Below, piece after piece: positions 24,576 through 36,140 of a stretch of DNA of 64,000 nt. The notes under the pieces were generated by a model. It made no database searches and was not told the DNA's origin. It saw nothing but the letters and a program-made list of their open reading frames with translations. Made by a program: the position numbers and the translations under genes. The DNA is from Azolla caroliniana (taxonomy: Eukaryota; Plantae; Polypodiophyta). Location of the stretch: assembly GCA_043228905.1 (NCBI GenBank), contig JBHGNT010000155.1, forward strand, positions 337-64,336. Direction: 5' to 3'. The first letter of the stretch is position 1. Each line of letters begins with the position of its first letter.

Positions 24576-27500
24576 ATGGACGAATCGTTGGGCGGCATGT
24601 TCAAGCTCACTGGCTCTAACTATTCAGTGTGGAAGTCGAAGATGAGGGATATGCTCATGGTTAAAGATCTTTGGTTGCCGGTTCAGTTTGGGGACAAGAG
24701 ACTGGACAAAATCGATGCTACCGTATGGGAGGTGATGCACATGAAGACAACGACGTACATACGGTGCTTCATCGACATGAGCCTATACAACAACTTCAAT
24801 GAAGAGAGCAAGGCTCATGAGCTCTAGGAGAAGATCGGCATTATGTTTCAGAACAAAAATGTTGTTAATCAGGTTTCGGTATTCCGGAAGCTAGTAAGAC
24901 TCCGGTACCAAGATGGCTCCAGCATGGCGGAGCACATGAATGCCTTCTAGGGGCTGATCCACCAGGCAACTTCATTGGAAGTACCTCTCGCCGATGAGGT
25001 ACTAGCGCTACTCTTGCTCGGTTCCCTCCCGGATAGATGGGAGACGTTGGTTGTCACTTTGGGCAACGCCGGGCCGGAAGGAAAGCGGTTATCCCTAGCA
25101 AGAGTAAAGTCGAGCTTGCTAGATGAGGAGGCGCATCAAAAAGATAAAGATACGAGCTCCGACTCCAAAGCGCTCCTTACCGAATCGGAATGCGGAAGAC
25201 ATAGAAACTGTAGTCCCCAGAACCGGGAGAAGTCGGGGACACGGTCAAAGTCAAGGGGGAGGCCTACTTGCTTCTATTGCGGCAAGCCGGGACACTTCCA
25301 AAAGAACTGTCGGCAATTCCGAAAAGACAAGGAAACCGACGGTACCGATTCGAAGCGGACCCCAGACCGGAACGGTAAAGACCGGAGGGGGCCGGACCGG
25401 AAGGGAACGACGGCAATCGCGGCAAGTGAAGAAGAGTTGATGCTCATCACCGAGGAGAGTGAGATAAACCTTGCCGGCGACGAGAGGACCTGGGTGGTAG
25501 ACTCCGGAGCGTCGTTCCAGCTTACCCCAGACCGGAAATGCTTCTCATTCTACTTAGCCGGTGATCACGGCTGTGTCCGGATGGGGAATGAAGGTACATG
25601 CTGAATTGTCGGCATAGGAGATGTGTGGCTGACAACACCAACTGGATGCAAGTTGCTGTTGAAGGATGTCCGACACGTTCCAGAGGTTCTTCTGAACCTG
25701 ATATCAGCCGGTCGGCTAGATGATGAAGGCTACACGTGTAGCATCCGGAACGGTGTCATGAAGTTTAGCAAAGGGAGCCTGATTGTGGCTCGGGCCCGGA
25801 AGGTCAACACACTGTACCTGATGAATGCCCGGTTATGTCCGGAAGAAGTGAACGTGGCATCCGACACTACCGGTGAGCTATGGCACAAGAGGCTGTGTTA
25901 TATGAGCGAGAAGGGGATGAAGAGGCTTGCAGACGACAACCTCATTCCAGTGAAGAACATGCACTTGGAGAAGTGCACTGATTGTCTGGCCGGTAAGCAA
26001 AACCGGACCTCCTTCCGACCAAGGCCACCGATGAGACGTAATGCACCACTGGAGTTGGTGCATACGGATGTGTGTCAAGTAGACACGAAGTCACATGCTA
26101 GAGCGTAGTACTTCGTGACGTTCATAGATGACCACAGTCGGAAGTTGTGGGCCACACCATTGAAGACGAAGGATCAGGTGCTATCCGTCTTCAAAGAGCT
26201 CCACGTGAGAGTGGAAAGAGAAACCAGCCGGAAGCTGAAGGCGGTTCGAGCAGATAACGGAGGAGAATACCGGGGGCAGTTCGAGGAGTACTGCCGCTTG
26301 AAGGGAATCTGACTCGAATTTACTGTGCCGAAAACGCCGGAACTAAACGGACTGGTTGAGAGGATGAACCGGACCATAATGGAGAGGGTTCGGAGTATGC
26401 TAGCGCATGCAAAACTACCCAAGAAGTTTTGGGCTGAGGCATTGTCGATGGCGACATATGTGATAAATTGATCACCCTCAGTACCCTTGGACGGAGACAC
26501 GCCACAGAGAGTATGGACCGGTAAGGAAGTATCCTACCGGCATCTGAAGGTGTTCGGGTGTCTCGCGTATGTGCATGTAGCTAAGGACCGGAGAGGAAAG
26601 TTAGATCCAAAGACCCGACCATGCATATTCCTCGGTTACGGTGACAATGAGTTCGGCTACCGAGTGTGGGACCTGGTCGACAAGAAGGTATTCCGGAGTC
26701 GAGATATTATCTTCATGGAGGACAAGACGCTCGCCGACTGGGAGTCGGAGAAGAAGATAATGAACTTTGAGTCGACCGGTAAGGATCGACTCTATGATGA
26801 GCAGATCCAACCGGCAAGAGACCGGTTAGCACTCGAGGGACCAACCGGTTACGGTGAGGATACCGAACAGGCTGAAGAAGAAGTAGAGGAAGCTGAAACC
26901 GGAACCGGCCAAGACCCCGAATCAGATTCGGATGAAGAGCAAATGGAGGAGCCGGTTACCGAAGCCCAAAGACGGAGATATCCTCTCAGAGAGAGAAGAC
27001 CCCCCTGGAGATTTCCGGATGCAGAGCATGTGTTGTTAACCGATGAGTGGGAGCCAGAAAGCTTCGAAGAAGCGAAGGATGTCACCCACAGCCGCAAATG
27101 GTTAAGTGCCATGCAGGATGAGATGGATTCCCTGCATGAGAACCATACGTACGAATTGGTGGAGTTGCCGAAAGGAAAGCGGGCACTCCGAAACAAGTGG
27201 GTGTACAAGTTGAAACTGGGAGATCCCGGCAACCCCCCGAGATACAAAGCCAAAATCGTGGTGAAGGGGTCCCAGCAGAAAAAGGGCGTGGACTTTGACG
27301 AGATATTTGCCCCGGTAGTAAAGATGACCTCCATCCGGACGGTGCTGAGTATAGCGGCAAGCATGGACCTCGAGGTAGAACAGCTGGGCGTGAAGACGAC
27401 ATTCCTTCACGGCGACTTCGAAGAGGAGATCTACGTGCAACAACCGGAAGGATTCGTGGAGAAAGGGAAGGAGCACCTGGTATGTCGGCTGAAGAAGAGC

Positions 27501-28619
27501 CTCTACGGGTTGAAGCAGGCTCCCCGGAAATGGTACCGGAAGTTTGACTCCTTCATGACCGATCAAGGGTACCACAAGATGCAGGCCGATCACTGCGTGT
27601 TTGTGAAGAAGTTCGAAGGAGGCGACTTCCTGATACTCCTTCTATACGTGGACGACATGTTGATCGTCGGACGGGACCAAGCCAAAATACAGATGTTGCA
27701 GAAGGCTCTCAACCGGACCTTCTCAATGAAAGACTTGGGTCCGGCAAGACAGATGTTGGGGATGCATATCATCCGGAACCGGCCAACGAAGCAACTATGG
27801 CTGTCACAGGAGAAATACGTGACAAAGGTGCTTCAACGGTTCAACATGTCAGATGTGAAACCGGTCGGATCGACACTTCCGGCAAATTGCAGGTTATCCG
27901 GTAAGCAAAGCCCGAAGACGAAAGCAGAGAAGGAGGATATGATGAAGATTCCATATGCCTCTGTTGTCGGGAGCTTAATGTACGCAATGGTTTGTACCCG
28001 ACCGGATACAGGATACGCAGTTGGAGTGGTGAGCCGGTTTATGAGCAATCCCGACAAGGAGCACTGGAACGCGGTCAAATGGATACTTCGGTATTTGAAG
28101 GGCACTTCAAATATGTGTCTCCGATTCGGCTCCGGAAAACCTCAACTTGACGGTTTCACCGATTCGGACATGTCGGCTGATGTGGATACCAGCTGGTCTA
28201 CATCTGGGTATGTAATGACATATGCAGGGGGAGCTGTCTTGTGGCAGTCGAGGCTGCAGAAGACAGTTGCATTGTCAACCACGGAGGCGGAGTACATGGC
28301 GGCTGTGGAAGCCGGCAAGGAAATATTATGGATGAAGGACTTCATCGGAGAGCTCGGTATCCGGCAAAATGAATACCGACTCTATTGCGACAGTAAAAGT
28401 GCCATCCATCTTGCTAAGAATGCGGCCTACCATTCCCGGACGAAGCATATCCAGCGAAGATATCACTGGATCCGGGAAAGAGTAGATGACCAGGAGTTCG
28501 CACTAACGAAGATCCACACGGCCGAGAACGGGTCAGATATGCTGACCAAAGTGTTGATACCCGACAAGCTGGATGCATATCGGAAGAGGATCAGACTAGT
28601 AAGACACCCCATGCCGTAG
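24576..28619 (+). pseudogene. gag-pol: copia C gag-pol with in-frame stops
   Basis: CFYCGKPGHFQKNC knuckle, WVVDSGAS, ADNGGEY, YVDD and GSDMLTK. Stops at, for example, 24825, 25602, 26106 and 26310. Confidence 0.94.
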
Positions 28620-29465
28620 TGAAGGGGGAGTTTGTTGGGAGACAGGTCCCTCCGGATTGGAAGGGAGAAGAACAGTGTTGATGAACAAACTCGGTTACGG
28701 AGAGCCGGAGGTTGCAGACCCGATGGAAACCGGATGAGAAGTACCCAGCTATGGAGAGCCGGAGGGTGTAGACCCGGTGAGACCTGGATGAGGAGTACCC
28801 GGCTACGGACAGCCGGATGGTGCAGACCCGGTGAGAACCGGATGAGGAGTACCCGCCTACGGAGAGCCGGATGGTGCAGACCCGGTGAGAACCGGATGAG
28901 GAGTACCTGGCTACGGAGAGCCGGATGGTGTAGACCCAGTGAGAACCGGATGAGGAGTACCCGGCTACGGAGAGCCGGATGGTGAAGACCCGGTGAGGAG
29001 TGCTCACCGGATGAAGAGACATATTCGTAAATATGTTTCTGAGAGTCCATCGAGGCTATATTTGTAAATAGCCGAAAAGTCATATTAGTATAAATATGAC
29101 TTAGGGCAAACTTTTAGTGTGGGTTGTTATTCTTGTTGGTGCAAGAAGAGAGAGAGTGTGTAACTGTGTACAGAGAGAGAGAGAGAGAAAGAGGTCGTTG
29201 CCTCTGTTGAAACCGCCGCCTGTGGCGAAGATTGTGAGCACGAGGTCGTTGCCTCTGTGAACTCACTGTTGTACATTCTAACATAGTGATAGTTTGTAGC
29301 CTGTGGGCTGCCGTGGTTTTTTTCCCTAGTTTGGGGTTTTCCATGTAAACATCATGTGTACTCTTCTCTTCTTTGTGTCGTGCATTTATTTCCCGTTTTC
29401 TGTGTATGATTCTAAGCTCGGTTGTGGCCGAGCATTGCGTATAGGGAGCGTGTAGTTCCTGTCAC

Positions 29466-31656
29466 CTAATGAGTCCACACCCCCAGGTGCACTGCGGAAG
29501 GGGAGCTTCGGGCATCGGGGGCGAGAAGGATAGAGTAGGGGGGTTCATCGGGGGGTGGTTGGTGGCGAAGATGGTGGCGAAGACGTCGGATGTTGAGCGG
29601 CGGTAACCAGATTTCTTGCATTTGATCGGTCGTCGTGAAGAAGTCCTTCTTGGGGCCGGCTATCCATGTGGAGGTGTTGTAGCCGGCGAAGGGAGAGGGG
29701 GGGATTTCTACCAAAACTTATGTAAGCAGGAAAAACACGTGTGTTGATCATGGTTTCAAAATCCCGTTTGTAGATGGCAGGGAGCATGTTGACGCAGGTC
29801 CAGAGGCCGACCAGTTGACGATGTGTGGGGCCTTTATTCAAATCAAAGGCAAGACCCCACGCCAGGTGGTTGTGTTGCTTGAATGTGCAGGTTTCATAAG
29901 GGCCAGAGTCGAGGAGTATGGGTAACCGTTGCAAAAAACGAAGACTGGCTTGAATGTCGGGGTCATGGACGTCGAGATATGTACGGAGGAAACGTCGCAT
30001 GACCTGGATCATTCCAACTTTCATTGGAGATGTGTGCGGGGGTTGTGGAAACATGGGCCAGTTGAACTGGAGGGTGGGTAGTTGTGTCTAGGCTGCTTGA
30101 AAGTCGTGCCATGGGCAACTACGAGGGAGGGGAGAAAAGGTGGGGTTGGCGCGCATCTCTGGAGAGTGTGGGGCACACCATTCCCGGAAGGACACATGCT
30201 CGAACTAGGGGAGGCGCCACGGGGGTTGGATGCCAGGTGGTTCGATTAGAGGGTCGACCACCGGGTGGCGCCATCCTCGAGTTGAGGTGGGGTTTGCGGC
30301 TGCCCAAGTAGACATCTTATCTCGGTAAATGTGTGGGTAAAGGAAGATGTCGACTTAGGGTTCGGAGGCGACTTCGGGGTAGTAGGTGTAGAGGCCGGTG
30401 AGGAGTAGGGGGGTCTCACAGAAATCAAATTCCCAGGGGACAAGGGCGATAGATTGGTTATCGAGGTGGGTGTCCCAACCTGTACCGTGTTCGATGTAAT
30501 TGAGAGCTGCTTGGAGGCCGTGGATGAGTTGGTAACGATCGACCAAATCAGCGTAGAATGTCGCATCATTGAATTAGGCGCTCGTGTCGTGTAGTAGCGA
30601 GGGTGTAGTGAAGATGGGAGAGGGGAGTTGGTGGTGGAGCATGAGGTGCGCAAGGGGGTGGTTGAAAGGGAGGGCTTTGCGGAGGATGACATCTGTGAAT
30701 GCCCAACCTGGGTTTGTGATGACTCCTGTCTGGAGTGGGAAAGGATCGGTTGGTGGGGAGGTGGGAGGTGGGGAGGAACGGGGATGGGCAAGGGGGGTGG
30801 TGTGAAAGGGGTTGCAGCCAAACATGGGGTGTGTGTGATCAGGTACGTGGTGTTCGCTGAGGTGTGGGTGCGTGAGAGGGGAGTGGTGGTGGTGGGGGAT
30901 GGCTTGGAGGTGGGTGTGGTGGCGGCGAGGATGAGGTAGGGTTAGGGCATGGGGGTGGTTGGTTGTCGGGATCATCGGGTGAGTCGAGGTCCCACTCCGG
31001 GTTGATCTCAAACGGGGGGTGAGTGAGGTGCGAGGGTAGGAGTGTGCGGGCACGAGCCTCATCAAAAGTCATAAGTTGATACTCATGAGAGACGTCAAGG
31101 TAGAGGGCTAACTCCTGCATGTCGTTAGCCTCGAGATCGGTGGGCCAGTTGAATGCTGCACATTCGATGCTGAATATGTGAGTACGAACCTCGATGTCCC
31201 AGGCGGTTTGCCAAGCGTGTATTAACCACAGGAAACCGAAAGGGGGTACGCAAGCAGTAGCGCTCTCCAACAGGGTGCAGGTAAGGGTGTCGGAGATTCG
31301 GTGTAAGCGCACCAGCTTGGTGAAGAGTTGGGCCAACTGGTCTTCGTTGACTTGCATCCTGACATAGGAAGGGTAGGCGAAACATACCAGGTCGGTGATG
31401 TCTAAGTCCGGGGTGATGGTAGTATGGAGGTAGGCCATGCCTTCGAGAAAAAAAACAGGGAGGTGTTGGGGGAAGAGGTCACCTGTCGGTGGTGAGGGTT
31501 CATCAGTGGCTTCAGGGTACAACATAAAGAGGGCAAGGGCGTGGTTGTCTTCTGGAAGTACTCAGATGAACGTCTGCCGATCCGGGGGGGGGGGGGGGGG
31601 GGTGTGGTCTCGTCGAAGAACACGCGACATGTAAGCGGCCAACGACCGAAGTACAC
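29466..31656 (-). pseudogene. degenerate Pro-rich ORF of unknown function (~700 codons) in element H
   Basis: Co-linear minus-strand ORFs 30839-31525, 30574-31065, 30355-30546 and 29545-30054 are linked by single stops or frameshifts. No retroelement core motifs. Confidence 0.5.
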
Positions 31657-31773
31657 ACATGGCCTAGGCTAGAAGGTTATGCGGTGTACGTGGTGCAGTG
31701 AAGAGTTCAGAGAGCAGAGATGTCAAGGTCACATACACCAAGAGCGCCTGAATCATTTTCGGAGTGTCGAGCG

Positions 31774-33290
31774 TGTTGGGGACAAGGCTGTCAATGCGGA
31801 AGTGCAAGCAACATTCGTGATGAAGAAGAACCTGTGTATGCGCATAAGCAAGAGAGAGAGAGAGAGAGAGAAAGAGAGAGGCACAAACAAACGTTATATT
31901 CCAATAGCAACAGTTACAAAGAATGAAAACCAACAACAACAACCTTAACTAAAGGTTACAAAGTCACTTTATATAGTGACTATCTTAGGGCAATTGCCCT
32001 TTATGCTATTTACAGAAATAGCCCAAACTTGGCTTGTTCGAAGGGACAATATGAATATGGCCATTATACACTCGTATTCGACACTCCCTCGTAATGGGCG
32101 TATACATAGGTTATCTAAAAAATTACAGGTATATACAAGGTTTATTAGACAAATCGGTTTTGTTAGAATCGGCAAGATCCAAAGACAAAAGACCGAACCG
32201 GTCGGGTCGGACGAGTTGAAGCCGATCCTCAAAGAACCGATATCGGTGGTCCGAAACCATCCTGTGCTATGTGTCCGACTTTAACCGAACCGATTTTTCA
32301 TTATGCCCATCTGGTGCCGAAGGGACCGGAAACGATCCGCCGAAAGACACTTGGTCATTCCATCTACGACATTATCGGTTGTGGATATCTTCTCGAGACC
32401 AATTTTCCCTGAAATGACGCAGTCCCAAAGGAAGTGATATCGAACGTCGATATGCTTGGAGGCGTTGTGGTGAACCGGATTCTTTGACAAAGCAACAACA
32501 CCCTAACTGTCGCTGTAGACAACTGGAGCTGAGTCGAGGTCGACCTGTCGAAATGTGTGCGCCAACCGACTGAGCCATACAGCTTCTTTTGCCATGTCGG
32601 ATGCAACTACATATTCCGCTTTGGTCGTTGAGGTGGCTCTGCACTCCTGAAGTTTCGACTTCCACGAGATTGCTCCATTGGCGAATTTGAAACAATATCC
32701 GGTTGTTGATTTCTGACTGTCCACACAGCCGGCGAAGACCGAGTCGGTGTAACCAACTACGCCCGAGGTTGAGTTTGGGCCGAAAAGAATGCCGTGGTCT
32801 TTTCTGCCAGCTAGATATCTGAACACATCCTTGACTGCGTTCTAGTGCGATCGGCCTGGGTTGTGCATGAATCTGCTGACGACTCCTATGGCGTGAGAAA
32901 TATCAGGCCGTGTCGCGACCATTGCGTACATAAGGGAGCCGACTGCCGGTGCATATGGTATTGACTTCATATCTTCCCCCTCTAGACCGGATGTCGGGCA
33001 GTCTTGCTGAGATAGTCGAAGGTTAATGGGGAGCGGGGTCGAAGCAGACTTGGCCGAGTGCATGTTGAAGCGTTCCAAGACACGTCCGATGTAGTCGGTT
33101 TGAGACAAGAAAAGTTGTCGTTTATCGCGATGCCGACTAATCTTCATACCAAGTATGTGTCTTGCCGGACCGAGGTCCTTCATGGAAAACTTCAACCACA
33201 GTTTCCGAACGAGTTCGGTGAGCTCTCCGGCATGTCGGCCGGAGAGTAGCATGTCGTCCACATAGATGATGAGGACGACGGGAGACCCGT
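31774..33290 (-). mobile_element. 3' fragment of copia D (B family): LTR, RNase H and RT C-terminus
   Basis: LTR 31774-32083 resembles the B LTR. RT/RH is nearly identical to B. Cut at 33290 by the E1 LTR. Confidence 0.92.
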
Positions 33291-33933
33291 TGTCGTGAAG
33301 AAAACCGTCCACAAGCGGAATCGGTGCACCGGAGCGTAGGAACCGGCTCTTCATGCACATACGCCTTATGTTGTACATAAGAGAGGATTAGGTACATAGA
33401 AGATCCTAGGCAGGTAGATTCGGCAGGTAGGAAGTTAATGGGAAACGACTCCTTTCTTGCCTATAAAAGGAGGGAGACAGGGAAGAGGAAGGGGATCGAC
33501 GATAGAGAGGACGAAGTGTTGTCGGGTTGTGGGCCGAAGGCTTCTCTCTCTTCCATACTCCGTAGCTTCTTTCTGTGCAGGTTTTCGGGAGGCTCACGCT
33601 GCTCTGAGGAATGCCCGAGTGCTTCCGGCAGCACCTCCAACCTACTCCTTTCTTTCTGAGCGTTTACGAACAGGCATCAGCATCTGTTCGCCGGCCTGTT
33701 CCGTTGTAGCCGACTTCGTGCTTCTTGTTGTTTGTCTTTGTTAATATATATATACATACATTCGTGTCTCTCTGTGTCGGCGTCCCACTCGCGTCTTTGT
33801 GTCGAAGGGCCGTGTCCCTGTGAATCTACGATCGCACGTAGCGGGTCCCTTCTCCTTTCTCTCTTGCTTTTCGGTGCAAGACCCCCGAGGTCCCGCCTCA
33901 TTCCACGCGTCCGCGAGGAATACCTCGACATCT

Positions 33934-33951
33934 TGGTGAACCCGACGTGAA
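33934..33951 (+). promoter_or_regulatory. primer-binding site complementary to the tRNA-Trp 3' end
   Basis: TGGTGAACCCGACGTGAA, 3 nt after the LTR, with an identical copy in E2 (44408-44425, minus). It matches the recalled plant tRNA-Trp end ...TTCACGTCGGGTTCACCA. Confidence 0.8.
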
Positions 33952-33973
33952 AGAGGCGGCAGAAGAGCAGAAG

Positions 33974-36084
33974 ATGAAGGGGTCGGATCTTGCGGAGGCC
34001 ATGGCTTCGGCCGTGGATCGGATATTGAGCGCACGCGAGGGCACCGACGCCCTCGTCAGAGCCATTGAGGTGGTCGTCGGTACGATCGGCCGGTTCAGCG
34101 GAAAGGATGCTACGAAGTATTTGGCGTCCTACGGGGCAGAAATGCTGATGCGGGACATTCCGGAAGAGAGGCGTCTTGCCGGTTTCTCTCGAGTGGCGAT
34201 GCCGAGCATCCATGCGGAGGTGCTCGAGGTACGGGTAGAGAGCCGTACCTGGGAGGAGTTCGAAGGCCGACTCCTAGAAAAATACGGGCTAGACGACGCG
34301 CTCCGGCTTTTGAAACGGGACTTCATGGGATGGGTGGAGTCCCCCGGCAAGGGAAGAAACGCGTCGGCACTCCTCCGGGAGTTTGAGGAACGCTTTGCGC
34401 GCCTTTTGGCGCTTGACCGAACCGTTCTGGATACGAGCCGGGTCCTACTGTTTGTCAAGTCGGTGGACGAGCGGGACCGGGATCAAGTTGGCTCCTTGCT
34501 GGAAACCGAAGACGGACTGACGACCGACTGGGCTGCAGTTAAGAGAGTCTGTGGCCGTTTCGACAAACGGCGAGAATGGGCTGACAACGGGGCGGCCGGT
34601 GCGGGCTCTGTCACAGCAACGAGGCTTGAACCGGCACCGCAAGGGCGAAGGGCAGAGACCCGGGAGTGGCTCGAAACCGGGTCGGCTCCGACCGGCATGG
34701 TCAATGACTCGTCCGGAGGAGCAGCGCTGGAGGAGTTGACGCGGGCGATAAAGGATCTCCAGATCGCCCAGACTCGAAGGGAAGGCGGCGAACTGGCTCG
34801 TGACCAACGGCCGGTAGCAGGGAACAGGTGCATGTGGTGCGACGAGGTCGGCCACATTCGGAAGGACTACGCGATTTCGTAGAGGCGTTGAGGAACCGGA
34901 TGGTGTACCTGTGGGAAGGCCGGGTGCAGGCCGGCGATACCAGAAGGGCCCTAAACCGAAACGACGGGCGAGGAGGTATGAAGAGACTGATGGAAGAGGC
35001 AGCGGCCCGACACTACTCGGCGTCGACCGGTATTCGGGTCGGGAGTAGCGAGGCCCGAAAGGAGAGCAAAGCCGGATCCTGGTCAGCAATGCTGGAAGGC
35101 CTCGCCGGCGCACGACTGAGGAAAGATGAAGCGGACCGCGCCGAGAGACGGGTCCGGGAAATAACCGGGTGGAGCGACCCGGTCGAGGAGAAGACGGGCT
35201 TCGTAGAAGCCGCCTGCCAGAACTACGAGGCCGTGGTAGAAGACAAACGAGTGGGGAAAGCCGGAGCGGCCGGGCCCTCACAACGATACGAGACCCGATT
35301 CGGGCAACGATGGAACGAAGCTGGTGGATCCAGCGCGCAAGATAACCCCAGGAAGGGCGGATACCGACTGGGGACGGAAATAGAAAGGGCCATGGACCTG
35401 CGAAAGGTCCTAGAAGAACGGATCCTCGACAACAAAGTGGAGCTGTCATTGCGGGAGGTGCTAGGGATCGCCAAGAAGGAGTTCCACGACTCCATTGTGG
35501 ACTTGGTAAAGCGGAAGAGGCTGTCGACGGAGACAGAACCAGAAAGACCGGTGGAGGTGCGGACGACGCACATCGACGACATGGCGCTGGAAGATGAGTG
35601 GGCGGAGAGCCACTATTCGAGGCCACACTGGGCCCGAGCGACCACAGAGACCCCGGTGAAGATCGGAGATGTTCAGGAACCAGTGGTGGCACTGGTGGAC
35701 CACGGTTCGGAAATAAACCTGATGTCCATGGACTTGTACAAGAAGGGAAAATGGCCGATCAACACCAAGCACGGGTGGAAGATACGGGCGGTGACGCGCG
35801 CCACCGAGGAACTGCATGGGGCATGCCCGAACGTGCGAGTCAAGATCGGCGACGTCGAGATTGACCAACACTTCTTCGTGCAGGAGACGTCCTCGCACCC
35901 GGTCATATTAGGGGAACCATACATCACGGCGGCGCGAATGGAGACCAAGGTGCTGAACAACGGTTCGGCCTACGCGAGGGTCAAAAGCCAGGACGGGCAC
36001 CATTCGGTCCAATTTCTGACGGTGCGACCGAACCACGAGCGAAACCGCGAATCCCTCGGTGGCGAGAACCGAGAGGATTTTTAG
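33974..36084 (+). pseudogene. gag: E1 gag-protease (1-nt frameshift near 34873)
   Basis: Co-linear with the intact E2 ORF 42250-44385. Confidence 0.88.
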
Positions 36085-36140
36085 AGAGGGCTGCCAAGGC
36101 GTGGGGCCGAGACAGTCCGGACACTCGGGAAAGACCCCAC
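36075..36140 (+). promoter_or_regulatory. predicted -1 ribosomal frameshift cassette (GGAUUUU plus pseudoknot) between PR and RT
   Basis: G GAT TTT TAG, 6-nt spacer, stems GGGCTG/CAGTCC and GTGGGG/CCCCAC. The -1 frame is open into pol. Conserved in E2 at 42194-42259. Confidence 0.78.

Larger units (their letters stand above)
23745..29464 (+). mobile_element. Ty1/copia element C, full length with several stop codons
   Basis: LTRs 23745-24546 and 28633-29464. TSD CCTAA. PBS TGGTATCAGAGC at 24549-24560, PPT at 28621-28630. Confidence 0.97.
23130..31773 (-). mobile_element. 3' part of LTR element H (probably gypsy): 3' LTR, PPT and long unknown ORF, split by copia C
   Basis: Minus strand reads GGGTGGGGGGTA (PPT, 23730-23741) then TGTTAAG (LTR start 23729). 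TATA GCTATATAAACC at ~23566-23577. The sequence resumes at 29470 after the C TSD. The left LTR end is uncertain (~23130-23142). Confidence 0.6.

Noticed and set aside
34445-35692. Long antisense ORFs over gypsy and copia coding regions
   Set aside because: Expected shadows of GC-rich coding sequence, and not preserved as equivalent intact ORFs between E1 and E2.
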